Shown: positions 30,050-38,807 of the stretch, piece after piece
Layout: each line of letters starts with the position of its first letter
Position numbering within the stretch: the first letter of the stretch is position 1
NCBI GenBank assembly: GCA_965208125.1
Contig: OZ242320.1
Span: 3,008,001-3,072,000 of the forward strand
Source: Candidatus Latescibacterota bacterium
GTDB lineage: Bacteria; Latescibacterota; UBA2968
Reading direction: 5' to 3'
DNA length: 64,000 nucleotides
Program-made: the position numbers and the translations under genes
The notes under the pieces: generated by a model
What the model saw: the letters and a program-made list of their open reading frames with translations, nothing else
Databases searched by the model: none
What the model was told of the DNA's origin: nothing

Positions 30050-31495
30050 CTAATATCTTCCTATGCGTTCGGGACCGGGGTCGGTGCATATAACGGTGTG
30101 GTCGAAGTTTTGTTTTATGAGCTGGTATTTCAGATCTGTGTGGGATGGATCTTCCCAGAGGTTGTGAAATTCATCGGGGTCTTCTTGCAGGTCGTAGAGT
30201 TCGCCATAGTTTTCGCCGTGATAGGCGACGAGTTTGTAGCGGTTGTTGCGCAACATGGTGGCCCAACATGGCGTGTGTTTTTCAGAGGCGTGTGGGGCGA
30301 ATTTATCGACGACATCGTAGTATTCACAGCGCACAAATTCGTGGTGCGCGTGACCGGGATTTTCGCCTGTGAGAATGGGGATGAGGGATTTGCCGTGTGT
30401 CCATTCGAGAGGAATACCGGCGAGGTCGGCGAGGGTGGGCGCAATGTCTAAGAGCGCAGTGAGGCCGTCTGCGCGGTGGCCCTGGAGAAAGGTGCCGGGC
30501 CACGAGATGATGAGGGGGACTCGCACGAGGGCTTCGTAGAAGCGGCAACCTTTGCCGGTGAGGCCGTGATCGCCGAGCATTTCGCCGTGGTCGCTCGTGA
30601 AGATGACGACGGTGTTTTCGCGTTGACCCGTGCGCTCAAGTGCATTGAGCATGCGACCGACGTTTTCGTCGATGAGGGCGATCATGCCGTAGTAAGACGC
30701 TTTGTTGTGCTGTTCGCGGTCACCTGGCGGGTTGCCTTCCTTGTCAGCAAAAAAGCGTTTGAGCCGCGTTTGTGTTTGCAGGTCACTTTCGCAAAATAGC
30801 GGCGGTGGCAGGTCGGTGGGATTGTATTTGTGCGTGTCGGGGGCGTCAAAAGGTCCGTGTGGGTCAAAGGGATTGACGCTCATGAGATAGGGGCCGTCGT
30901 GGGGAGATTCGATAAATTCAATGGCGCGGTCCGCACACCAGGTGGTCTGGTGGTGTTGGGGATTCATGTCGGGACGATAGTTGCCATACGTGCCGTCTTT
31001 TTTTGTTTGAAAGACGTCGCCGAGGTCTATGCCCTGTTCGGTGAGCCAGTCGGTGTACTGGTTGCCAATTCCGATACCTTGATTGTGCGAGTGGCTGTAC
31101 CAGAATTTGCGATATCCATCGTCAACGCGTTGTTCTTCGCCGTTCCAGGCCGAGGCGAGGTGGAGTTTTCCCGATAAGCCGCAATCGTATCCGACATCTG
31201 CGAGGCGTTTGGTGATGAGTTGTACGCGTTCATTTGCCGGGAAATAAGCATTGCCATTGCGATTGCCGTGTACAGTGCTGGGATATAGCCCGGTGAGAAA
31301 GCTGGAGCGGCTGGGCGTGCATATCGCGCTCTGGCAGTGGGCCTGTGTGAATGCTACGCCTTCGGCGCAGAGGCGGTCGAGGTTGGGCGTCTGGATGTGT
31401 TCATTGCCGAGGGCGTGGATGGTGTCGTAGCGTTGTTGATCGGTGCAGATCCAGAGGATGTTGGGGCGTTTTGATGTCAATGGTGGTCTCCTCAA
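30050..31495 (-). CDS. Sulfatase
   Basis: RPNILWICTDQQR, CTPSR, GKLH; true start may be about 31480. Confidence 0.92.
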   Translation of the reverse strand: MRRPPLTSKRPNILWICTDQQRYDTIHALGNEHIQTPNLDRLCAEGVAFTQAHCQSAICTPSRSSFLTGLYPSTVHGNRNGNAYFPANERVQLITKRLADVGYDCGLSGKLHLASAWNGEEQRVDDGYRKFWYSHSHNQGIGIGNQYTDWLTEQGIDLGDVFQTKKDGTYGNYRPDMNPQHHQTTWCADRAIEFIESPHDGPYLMSVNPFDPHGPFDAPDTHKYNPTDLPPPLFCESDLQTQTRLKRFFADKEGNPPGDREQHNKASYYGMIALIDENVGRMLNALERTGQRENTVVIFTSDHGEMLGDHGLTGKGCRFYEALVRVPLIISWPGTFLQGHRADGLTALLDIAPTLADLAGIPLEWTHGKSLIPILTGENPGHAHHEFVRCEYYDVVDKFAPHASEKHTPCWATMLRNNRYKLVAYHGENYGELYDLQEDPDEFHNLWEDPSHTDLKYQLIKQNFDHTVICTDPGPERIGRY

Positions 31496-32913
31496 TCGCG
31501 CGCGCCTCTGATAACGCGGCCGTTTTCGATCCAGTGATCGCGGTAAAAGGTAGTGGGTTCAAAGGTGTCGTTTAGTGCGTCCATGCGCGTCCGAATCTGG
31601 TCGCGGTAATGCTGGATTGTTCTGGCATGGTCAGGGCTGCTGGCGAGATTGTGCAATTGCAGGGGGTCTTCGCGGTGATTGTAGAGGGATTCTCCATGTT
31701 TTTCAATGGCATAGGTATATTGTTTGTCGCGCAAGGCACGCCATTCAAAGCCATCGTCCCAATCGACACTGGGGCCCATGCCCTGCAAGAATGCAGCTTC
31801 GGGTTCTTTTCCAGGCTGACCAAATGCGCAATGCGAAAGGTCAAATCCATCGATACCATCTGGGATATCGATGTTCAGGAGTGAGAGCAGCGTGGGCATG
31901 ATATCGGGTGTGTTGAGGCAGGCATCGCTTTCAGAGTTGGGTGCGATGCGATTGGGCCAGCGCATGAGAAAGGGGACGCGAGCGGCTTCTTCATAGTAGA
32001 TGTTTTTCTGAACGCGACCGTGTGCGCCAAACATTTCGCCGTGGTCTGATGTGAAGACGACAAGGGTGTCGTGCGCGAGGTTGAATCTGTCTATCGCGTC
32101 TAAAATTCGGCCCACGTTCCAGTCGAGGTTGGCAGTCATAGCAGCATAGATTCGCTGCCATTCAATGAGGTTGGGTTTGACGGATTTCATCCACCAATCG
32201 CGGTCAAACCATGCGTGCCAGTATTCACCTGATCCGTCCCGGTAATTTGGCGGCAAGTCAAAGACCATGTCTTTGAAGTGCATACCCCATTCTTCGGGGA
32301 CGTTGTCCCAGTTCCAGGGCTGATGGGGTGTGCCATAAGAGACGAAGAGGGCGAAGGGTTCTGGATTTTCGCGCGCGTTTTCGAGATAGGAGATGGCGAG
32401 GTCGGTCATGGCATCGGGTTCATAGGCCTGGATGTCGATGCGTTCAAATTTGTCTTCGTAATAAAATCCCTTGTAATAGCTGTGGTTGAAGTTGTAGGCT
32501 GCCCAATAGTGGTCAAACCCCAGTCGGTGCGGGCCTGGAGGCACGAATTGATTGGCGGGATTCTTGTGAAAATCTCCGGCCTGTTTATAAATTTTACCTT
32601 CGGTCGCGTAAATGTGCCATTTGCCGATGTAGGCACAATGCGTGCCGTTCCGCGTCAATGTGCCGGCAAGCGTTGGCAGATCGGTGCGGGCACTCAATTC
32701 GTTCATGACGTAGCCATTGGTGGTGGGATAACAGCCCGTAAAGAGGGATGCGCGATGCGGGCTGCACACGGGATAGACCGAGGTGGCGTTGACAAAGTTG
32801 ATGCCTTCAGATGATAGGCGGTCGATATTGGGAGTGCGGGCGCGGTTGTCGCCCATATAGCCACAGGATTGCGGGCGGAGTTGATCGGCGAAGATGTAGA
32901 GAAGGTTAGGCAC
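31492..32913 (-). CDS. Sulfatase
   Basis: PNLLYIFADQLR, CSPHR, GKWH. Confidence 0.92.
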   Translation of the reverse strand: MPNLLYIFADQLRPQSCGYMGDNRARTPNIDRLSSEGINFVNATSVYPVCSPHRASLFTGCYPTTNGYVMNELSARTDLPTLAGTLTRNGTHCAYIGKWHIYATEGKIYKQAGDFHKNPANQFVPPGPHRLGFDHYWAAYNFNHSYYKGFYYEDKFERIDIQAYEPDAMTDLAISYLENARENPEPFALFVSYGTPHQPWNWDNVPEEWGMHFKDMVFDLPPNYRDGSGEYWHAWFDRDWWMKSVKPNLIEWQRIYAAMTANLDWNVGRILDAIDRFNLAHDTLVVFTSDHGEMFGAHGRVQKNIYYEEAARVPFLMRWPNRIAPNSESDACLNTPDIMPTLLSLLNIDIPDGIDGFDLSHCAFGQPGKEPEAAFLQGMGPSVDWDDGFEWRALRDKQYTYAIEKHGESLYNHREDPLQLHNLASSPDHARTIQHYRDQIRTRMDALNDTFEPTTFYRDHWIENGRVIRGARD

Positions 32914-32916
32914 AGA

Positions 32917-33753
32917 TTACGCGCTTTCGTGTTCTGCTCGCATTGCGTTAAAGAAGCGCACATCGATCCGCGCCAGGTCAATTACGGTTTCTATGGGTTC
33001 ACCGCTGTATTCGCTATGGAAACTCACGGGGCCTTCAAAGTTTAATCGATCCAGTGTTTTTACGACTGCGGGCCAATCGCCAAATCCCTGTCCCAGTCGC
33101 ATTGTCCCACCCGTGGGCGTCCCCTGTACAGTGCGCCCCAGAGGTCGCTGGCGAATCAGGTCTTTAAATGCCAGGACTGATAGGTACTCGCGCACGATAT
33201 CCAGTGCCATTTCTATGGGTTCACCGCATATTGACAGGTGTCCCGGGTCGGAAAATACGCCGATGTGTTCGGGATTAAATCCCTTGACCACGTTCATGAC
33301 GGCACACGAATTTAATCCCATCGATTTGCCCGAATGGTTGTGTACTACGGTTTTGACGCCGTGTTTTTCCGACAATTTCTCAAAGCCTTCCATCCAGCCC
33401 CGGATTTCATCCAGCTGATCCCAGTAGTGCTTTGCGTCCGACCAGTGCCAGTAGCCCAGTTTCACGTTCGCTACGCCGGCTTCGCCCAGCGCGCCGTAAT
33501 AACGCTCGGCGTAATCGATGTCCGGGCGACTAAAATCGCCGGGGGCTGTTACGAGTGGAATGCACAGGCCCGCAGCTTCAAACTGTTTGGCTGCTTCGGG
33601 CAGTGCTTTGTCGATATTGTCTGGGTTTACAGGATATCCCTCTCGCACACACAAATCCGCGCCCTGCACGCCTACCGATTGGAGGGATTCGATGATTCCA
33701 GAAACGTCCATGCCTTCGAGATGTTTTGTGAACATGATGTACGTGAGCTTCAT
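32917..33753 (-). CDS. Sugar-phosphate isomerase/epimerase (xylose-isomerase-like TIM barrel)
   Basis: HNHSG, DPGH, FKD, LGQG, HSEY. Confidence 0.85.
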   Translation of the reverse strand: MKLTYIMFTKHLEGMDVSGIIESLQSVGVQGADLCVREGYPVNPDNIDKALPEAAKQFEAAGLCIPLVTAPGDFSRPDIDYAERYYGALGEAGVANVKLGYWHWSDAKHYWDQLDEIRGWMEGFEKLSEKHGVKTVVHNHSGKSMGLNSCAVMNVVKGFNPEHIGVFSDPGHLSICGEPIEMALDIVREYLSVLAFKDLIRQRPLGRTVQGTPTGGTMRLGQGFGDWPAVVKTLDRLNFEGPVSFHSEYSGEPIETVIDLARIDVRFFNAMRAEHESA

Positions 33754-33869
33754 TTTCTTTCCTTTCTCTGGTGTCGTTTGCATTTGTGAGCGCTTCAGGA
33801 TACGCAATTGTGCGTCAAAAATCAATGGTGAGTTGAAAGCTCAAATCTTGACAGGCTGTGAAAAATGTA

Positions 33870-33910
33870 TACCTTGTCGTCAAATTGTTGTGAAAAATGA
33901 CGACAAGGTA
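33870..33910. promoter_or_regulatory. 13-bp perfect inverted repeat (operator or hairpin) in a divergent promoter region
   Basis: taccttgtcgtca-N15-tgacgacaaggta; TTGACA at 33848. Confidence 0.55.
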
Positions 33911-33967
33911 GTCAAAAAACACGGTTTCCCATATTTCAGCATCCCGATGCAGAGGTCGTAAAAAGAC

Positions 33968-36900
33968 ATGAAGCTCAGTCGTTTTGCCATTTTTAAACCC
34001 ATCAGTACGATTATGATCGCGCTTAGTCTTGTGGTGATGGGTTTTATTTCCCTATTCAAGTTGCCGCTTGAATATTTGCCCAGCGTGACGTTTCCAGTCC
34101 TTTTTGTGTCTATTCGGTATCCGTCTTCGTCTCCAGAGGAAATTGAACGGTTTATCACGCGCCCGATTGAAGAGATATTGGGCACTATGCCCGGCATTGA
34201 AAATATGGGATCCACATCCAATGAGTCTTCTTCGACCATTCGCCTGGAATTTGCAATGGATGCGGATATGGATCTCGTCGGCATTCATTTGCGCGATAGG
34301 CTCGATCAGGTTCGCGCAGATTTGCCCGAAGATGTGGATTATATTGGTATAAAAAGTTTTGATACGGAAGATATTTCGGCTCTCGAATATACTGTTTCGT
34401 GGCTCGGTGAAGATCCCGAGGATCTCATCGCGGTCTATAACCAGCGCCTGTTGCCGCGATTGCAGCGGCTCGATGGCGTGGCAAGTGTTGAATTGAGGGG
34501 TTTACAGCAAAAGGATCTCCTCGTCGAGGTCGATCAGAGAGCTATGACCGCGCACAAATTGGATTTTCGCGCTATCAATCGCGCGCTTCGCAGAAATAAT
34601 ATCAATATCTCGGCGGGTTATGTCACCGATGGCGACAGGCGATTTGCCGTGCGAAGTGTGGGCGAGTTTGAGACCGTTGACCAGATTCGCAACTTGCCCA
34701 TTCGCCCAAATTTGACACTGTCCGAGGTTGCATCGGTTACTTACGATTATCCCCCTGCTCGTCGCTTTGATCGCCTCGATGGCATACCTTCTCTTTATCT
34801 TTCTGTGCATAAATCTTCAACGGCAAATATGGTTGATGTTTGCAAGCGTGTCCGCGAAGAACTCTCCCGCATCAACGAGGAGGTTGGCAAAGATAAACTT
34901 CGAATGCTTCTGGTTCGAGATCAGTCAACTGATGTTATTGCCAGCATAACCAGCCTCAGCCAATCGGCGATTATGGGCGGTCTCTTAGCCGTTATTGCCA
35001 TCTTCATTTTTCTCCGCAACTTCCGCAGTACGCTCATCATTGGCTCCGCCATTCCAATTAGCGCGCTCACGGTGTTTCTCATGATGTATTTTCTGCGACA
35101 ATCGGGTATTGATATTACCTTGAACTTGATTTCGATGATGGGGCTGATGGTCGCTATTGGGATGCTCGTGGATCCCGCTGTTGTGGCTCTGGAGAATATT
35201 TTCCGCAAATGTTTTGATGAAGGTCAGAGTGCCACACAGGCAGCGCTTGAGGGTAGTGAGGAGATTGGTCTCCCGGTTCTGGCTGCTACGCTTACTACTG
35301 TGTGTGTATTTGTTCCGGTCATTTTTGTGACTGATTCGGGCACTTCGCTCTTTATGCGGCAATTCTCTGTGACAGTAGTCGTGTCTGTGATTGCATCATT
35401 TTGTGTCGCGCTTTCCCTGATCCCGTTGGCTGCATCCCGCGCCTTTAATGAAGGGGGAAAGACGCTTGATCGCATTCTCAAAAGTATTTTGGTGCTCGCG
35501 GCCATTGTCGGGGTGGGCGCGTATATCTATTATACGGATTTCAGTAAGGTTGATTACGCTGGTTTGTGGGACGCAATTGCGAGTACTATCGCTGCTCTGC
35601 CTTTGTTTGCCAAAATTGGTGTTCCTACGACAATTGCACTGACGCTTTTTCTGTATTTCCGTTACCGCGCCATTGGTGCCAAAGCTCTGTACGCGAGGGT
35701 GGTCGCCAATACTTTGCACTATCGCTGGGCAACGCTTTCTGTTGCCTGCGTTCTTCTCTTTTTGGGAAACCACATCTACGGCAAAATAGAACAAGAACCC
35801 TTCCGCTATCAACCCACACGTGCGATCAGGCTGACGGTAGAGATGCCTCGCACGTACGATTTGGCGCAGGCGAGTAATACTTTCAAAATCGCCGAAGATA
35901 TGCTCATTCCCCTGAAGGAGGAACTGGACATAGAGGCTATTGCGACGAAGTTCAATACGGGTAACCGCCAGGGAAAGAGAAACGCACTTTTGACCATTTA
36001 TCTCACGCCTGCAGAAGAAAGCAAGTTGACGACAGACGAAGTTCAGCACAGGATCATCGCGCTTCTTCCAAAGGATATTCCCGGTGTGCGTTTCAGATCT
36101 CGCGGGGGCAAGTCGGGCGGGACCATTGGGGTGGGTGTTGAACTCAAAGGGCGAAAGCAGGAAATTCTGGAGGTTCTGGCCGAGGATATTGAAATGAGTA
36201 TGCAGGGGATGCCCGGCGTTCACGAGATCGAAACCAGCCTTGAGACGGGTATGGAAGAGATTCGCGTGGTTGTAAATCGCGAACGGGCGCAGCGGTATGG
36301 CATTTCTACGCGCGATATTGCCACCAATATTGCTTCGGCGCTCGGGTCGCGCGGTGCTTCACACTTCAAAACACCCCATGGTGAAATTGATATTACTGTT
36401 CAGCTTCGCGAAGAAGATCGCGCTACTCTCGAGCAACTCAAAACAACGGAGTTTGAGAGCGACAAAGGTGGGATGGTCACGTTCTCAAGTCTGGCGGATT
36501 TCAATCTTATACAGGGACCCAATGCCATCTCCCGCGAAGACCGCATGCCCACGCTAACGGTTTTTGCCAATACAGAGCAAAAAGCAGTATTCAGCGTGGG
36601 ACAGATTATGAAAGCGCGCATGGAAAGCGTGCCCCTGCCCAAGGGATATACGTATCAGATGGACCGCCGATTCAAGTCTATGGATGCAGAACAGGATCAG
36701 GATTTTGAGACGATGATTTTCGCGCTGATTCTCATTTATATTATTATGGCCTCGCTCTTTGAATCCTATGTCCATCCGCTTACCATTATGTTCTGTATTT
36801 TCTTTGCGTTCATCGGTGTTGCGCTCGGTCTCTACACTTTCAAGATCGCTATGGATAGCAATGCGAAGTACGGCCTTCTGGTGCTTTTTGGTATTGTGGT

Positions 36901-37237
36901 GAATAATGGCATTGTTCTGGTCGATCATATCAACAGATACCGAAAACAGGGGCTTGTTCGCCGCGATGCCATTATTCGCGGGGGGCAAGACCGTTTGCGT
37001 CCGATTATGATGACTGCCACGACCACCATTATTGGCCTGATGCCGCTTGTCATTCCGATGCTTTTTGGCCATGCCGAAGGCACAGCCCGCCGCTGGGGTC
37101 CCATCGGTCTGGTCGTTGTATCGGGGTTGTCTATTTCAACCATTCTGACACTTGTTCTCCTGCCCACGATGTATTCGCTTATGGATGACCTCTCCCAATT
37201 TGCCAGGCGCGTTGTCGCGGTGGCGCGTGCGCGATAG
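33968..37237 (+). CDS. RND (AcrB-family) transporter permease
   Basis: 1089 aa; SSPEEIERFITRPIEE, AIGMLVDPAVVALENI, GIVVNNGIVLVD, RLRPIMMT. Confidence 0.93.
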   Translation: MKLSRFAIFKPISTIMIALSLVVMGFISLFKLPLEYLPSVTFPVLFVSIRYPSSSPEEIERFITRPIEEILGTMPGIENMGSTSNESSSTIRLEFAMDADMDLVGIHLRDRLDQVRADLPEDVDYIGIKSFDTEDISALEYTVSWLGEDPEDLIAVYNQRLLPRLQRLDGVASVELRGLQQKDLLVEVDQRAMTAHKLDFRAINRALRRNNINISAGYVTDGDRRFAVRSVGEFETVDQIRNLPIRPNLTLSEVASVTYDYPPARRFDRLDGIPSLYLSVHKSSTANMVDVCKRVREELSRINEEVGKDKLRMLLVRDQSTDVIASITSLSQSAIMGGLLAVIAIFIFLRNFRSTLIIGSAIPISALTVFLMMYFLRQSGIDITLNLISMMGLMVAIGMLVDPAVVALENIFRKCFDEGQSATQAALEGSEEIGLPVLAATLTTVCVFVPVIFVTDSGTSLFMRQFSVTVVVSVIASFCVALSLIPLAASRAFNEGGKTLDRILKSILVLAAIVGVGAYIYYTDFSKVDYAGLWDAIASTIAALPLFAKIGVPTTIALTLFLYFRYRAIGAKALYARVVANTLHYRWATLSVACVLLFLGNHIYGKIEQEPFRYQPTRAIRLTVEMPRTYDLAQASNTFKIAEDMLIPLKEELDIEAIATKFNTGNRQGKRNALLTIYLTPAEESKLTTDEVQHRIIALLPKDIPGVRFRSRGGKSGGTIGVGVELKGRKQEILEVLAEDIEMSMQGMPGVHEIETSLETGMEEIRVVVNRERAQRYGISTRDIATNIASALGSRGASHFKTPHGEIDITVQLREEDRATLEQLKTTEFESDKGGMVTFSSLADFNLIQGPNAISREDRMPTLTVFANTEQKAVFSVGQIMKARMESVPLPKGYTYQMDRRFKSMDAEQDQDFETMIFALILIYIIMASLFESYVHPLTIMFCIFFAFIGVALGLYTFKIAMDSNAKYGLLVLFGIVVNNGIVLVDHINRYRKQGLVRRDAIIRGGQDRLRPIMMTATTTIIGLMPLVIPMLFGHAEGTARRWGPIGLVVVSGLSISTILTLVLLPTMYSLMDDLSQFARRVVAVARAR

Positions 37238-37248
37238 GATCGCGGAAT

Positions 37249-37488
37249 TTATATTTGCTGTGCAGATGCCAACATCTCACCAACGGTATCGGGCAGGTCA
37301 ACGCGATGAAAGCGGTGGTCGCCAAAAGCGTAATCTTCACCGCTTTCATCAATGATGCGAATATAGCCATGAGCAGAGGCTTCGTCATCGGGAATGATGC
37401 GATAAACCTTACCCACTTCGAGAGATGCCTCGTATCCCTCGTTATTGATGCAGAGGGCAAATTGTTGTGTAAAATTATTTTTTTTCAT
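37249..37488 (-). CDS. Small conserved hypothetical protein (putative TA-like pair member)
   Basis: FALCINNEGYEASLEVGKVY...IRIIDESGEDY; start 2 nt downstream of the stop of an upstream fragment. Confidence 0.7.
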   Translation of the reverse strand: MKKNNFTQQFALCINNEGYEASLEVGKVYRIIPDDEASAHGYIRIIDESGEDYAFGDHRFHRVDLPDTVGEMLASAQQI

Positions 37489-37490
37489 AA

Positions 37491-37600
37491 TCAACCAAGA
37501 AAGGGTAGTTTGAGTTTAAATTCTTTTTTGCCAATGCCATGTGCTTCGTACCAATGAATTTCGGCAAGCCTTATACTGTTGTCAAGTAAGCGTATGACAA
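37491..37600 (-). pseudogene. 5'-truncated partner gene (...VIRLLDNSIRLAEIHWYEAHGIGKKEFKLKLPFLG*)
   Basis: Protein-like C-terminal fragment with no credible start; coupled to the downstream small gene. Confidence 0.6.
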
Positions 37601-37673
37601 AAAAAGAAAACGTTTGCGGTTGTAAAACACCTTATCGCTCTGCTGTCGATATTCATATTTCGGAGGGAAGAAG

Positions 37674-38804
37674 ATGAATCCACTGGAAGAACGTTTGAAC
37701 CAATTAGAGATGCGCGTTACGCGCTATCGCAATTTCAATATCCTGTTGTGTCTCCTGCTGGTGGCCATTGTAACAGTTGCGGCAACAGATGGTATATCAC
37801 CATTTCAGGCGGGATCAGCCCCTGACCCCATCCCAATGCCCAAAGGCAATATAGGAGTTCCTGATTTACGAAAAGAAGATATACCTGCTGTGATGTATCC
37901 AGATGCAGACAGAGCGGGAAAAGTGACGTCACAGATACAGGGTGTGATTCGCACGAGGGGATTGCAGATTGTGAACAGCGATGGACAAGCAGTTGTTGAA
38001 CTGTGGCCCAGTACCGTAGGTAATGGCCTCATTTTTGTCAATTCAGCAGAAGGTAAGCAACTGGTTTACATTGGATCCTTAGCCGCGAGTGGCGATGGGT
38101 TGGTGCATATCAATTCAACAGAAGAAAAGAACCAGATTGCTCTGGGATCAGATTCTGAAACAGGAGATGGGTTTATCGGTATCAGAAACAGAAATGAAGA
38201 GCCTTTGATTAGTCTGAATACGGGCGAGAGTTCTGGTTGGATAAGAATCGACAAAACTGGAAATGAAAATTTGGCATATCTGGGTGTAAACACTTTGGGT
38301 AATGGACTTTTGAGTCTGAGTAATAAATCGGGAAAAGATATGGTGTCAATGTATGCAGATGAGACCTCTGGTAATCTGTGGCTATCAAATCATAACGATA
38401 AGACGATTGCTCGCTTGGGGGCATATTCTGCTGGAGACGGATTCTTGAACATCAACTCCAAAACAGGCACAGAGCTTATTACTTTAGGTTCAAACACAAA
38501 TGATGATGGGTTGCTTAGAGTAAGTAATCGCTATGGTACCCTCGGCGTTTGGATCGTTGGCGCAAACGAACATGGATACGTGGGAATACAGGATAACCGG
38601 GAGAGGTTGCTTGCAGAACTGGGAGCGACGGTAGGTGGCAATGGGCTTGTTCGCACTTTATCTCCACAGGGTATCACGACCTGGTCGAGCAATTCTGTTC
38701 AAGTCAACACGGGTTCATCCTTAAGAGGTGATATGGACAATGATGGCGATATTGATGGCGATGATTTTCTCATTTTCTCTGAAAACTTCGGCAAAAAACG
38801 GTGA
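37674..38804 (+). CDS. Membrane-anchored beta-repeat protein with a C-terminal EF-hand/dockerin-like motif
   Basis: Short coiled coil plus TM; about 11 imperfect ~23-aa GxG-hydrophobic repeats; GDMDNDGDIDGDDFLIFSENFG. Confidence 0.75.
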   Translation: MNPLEERLNQLEMRVTRYRNFNILLCLLLVAIVTVAATDGISPFQAGSAPDPIPMPKGNIGVPDLRKEDIPAVMYPDADRAGKVTSQIQGVIRTRGLQIVNSDGQAVVELWPSTVGNGLIFVNSAEGKQLVYIGSLAASGDGLVHINSTEEKNQIALGSDSETGDGFIGIRNRNEEPLISLNTGESSGWIRIDKTGNENLAYLGVNTLGNGLLSLSNKSGKDMVSMYADETSGNLWLSNHNDKTIARLGAYSAGDGFLNINSKTGTELITLGSNTNDDGLLRVSNRYGTLGVWIVGANEHGYVGIQDNRERLLAELGATVGGNGLVRTLSPQGITTWSSNSVQVNTGSSLRGDMDNDGDIDGDDFLIFSENFGKKR

Positions 38805-38807
38805 GCA

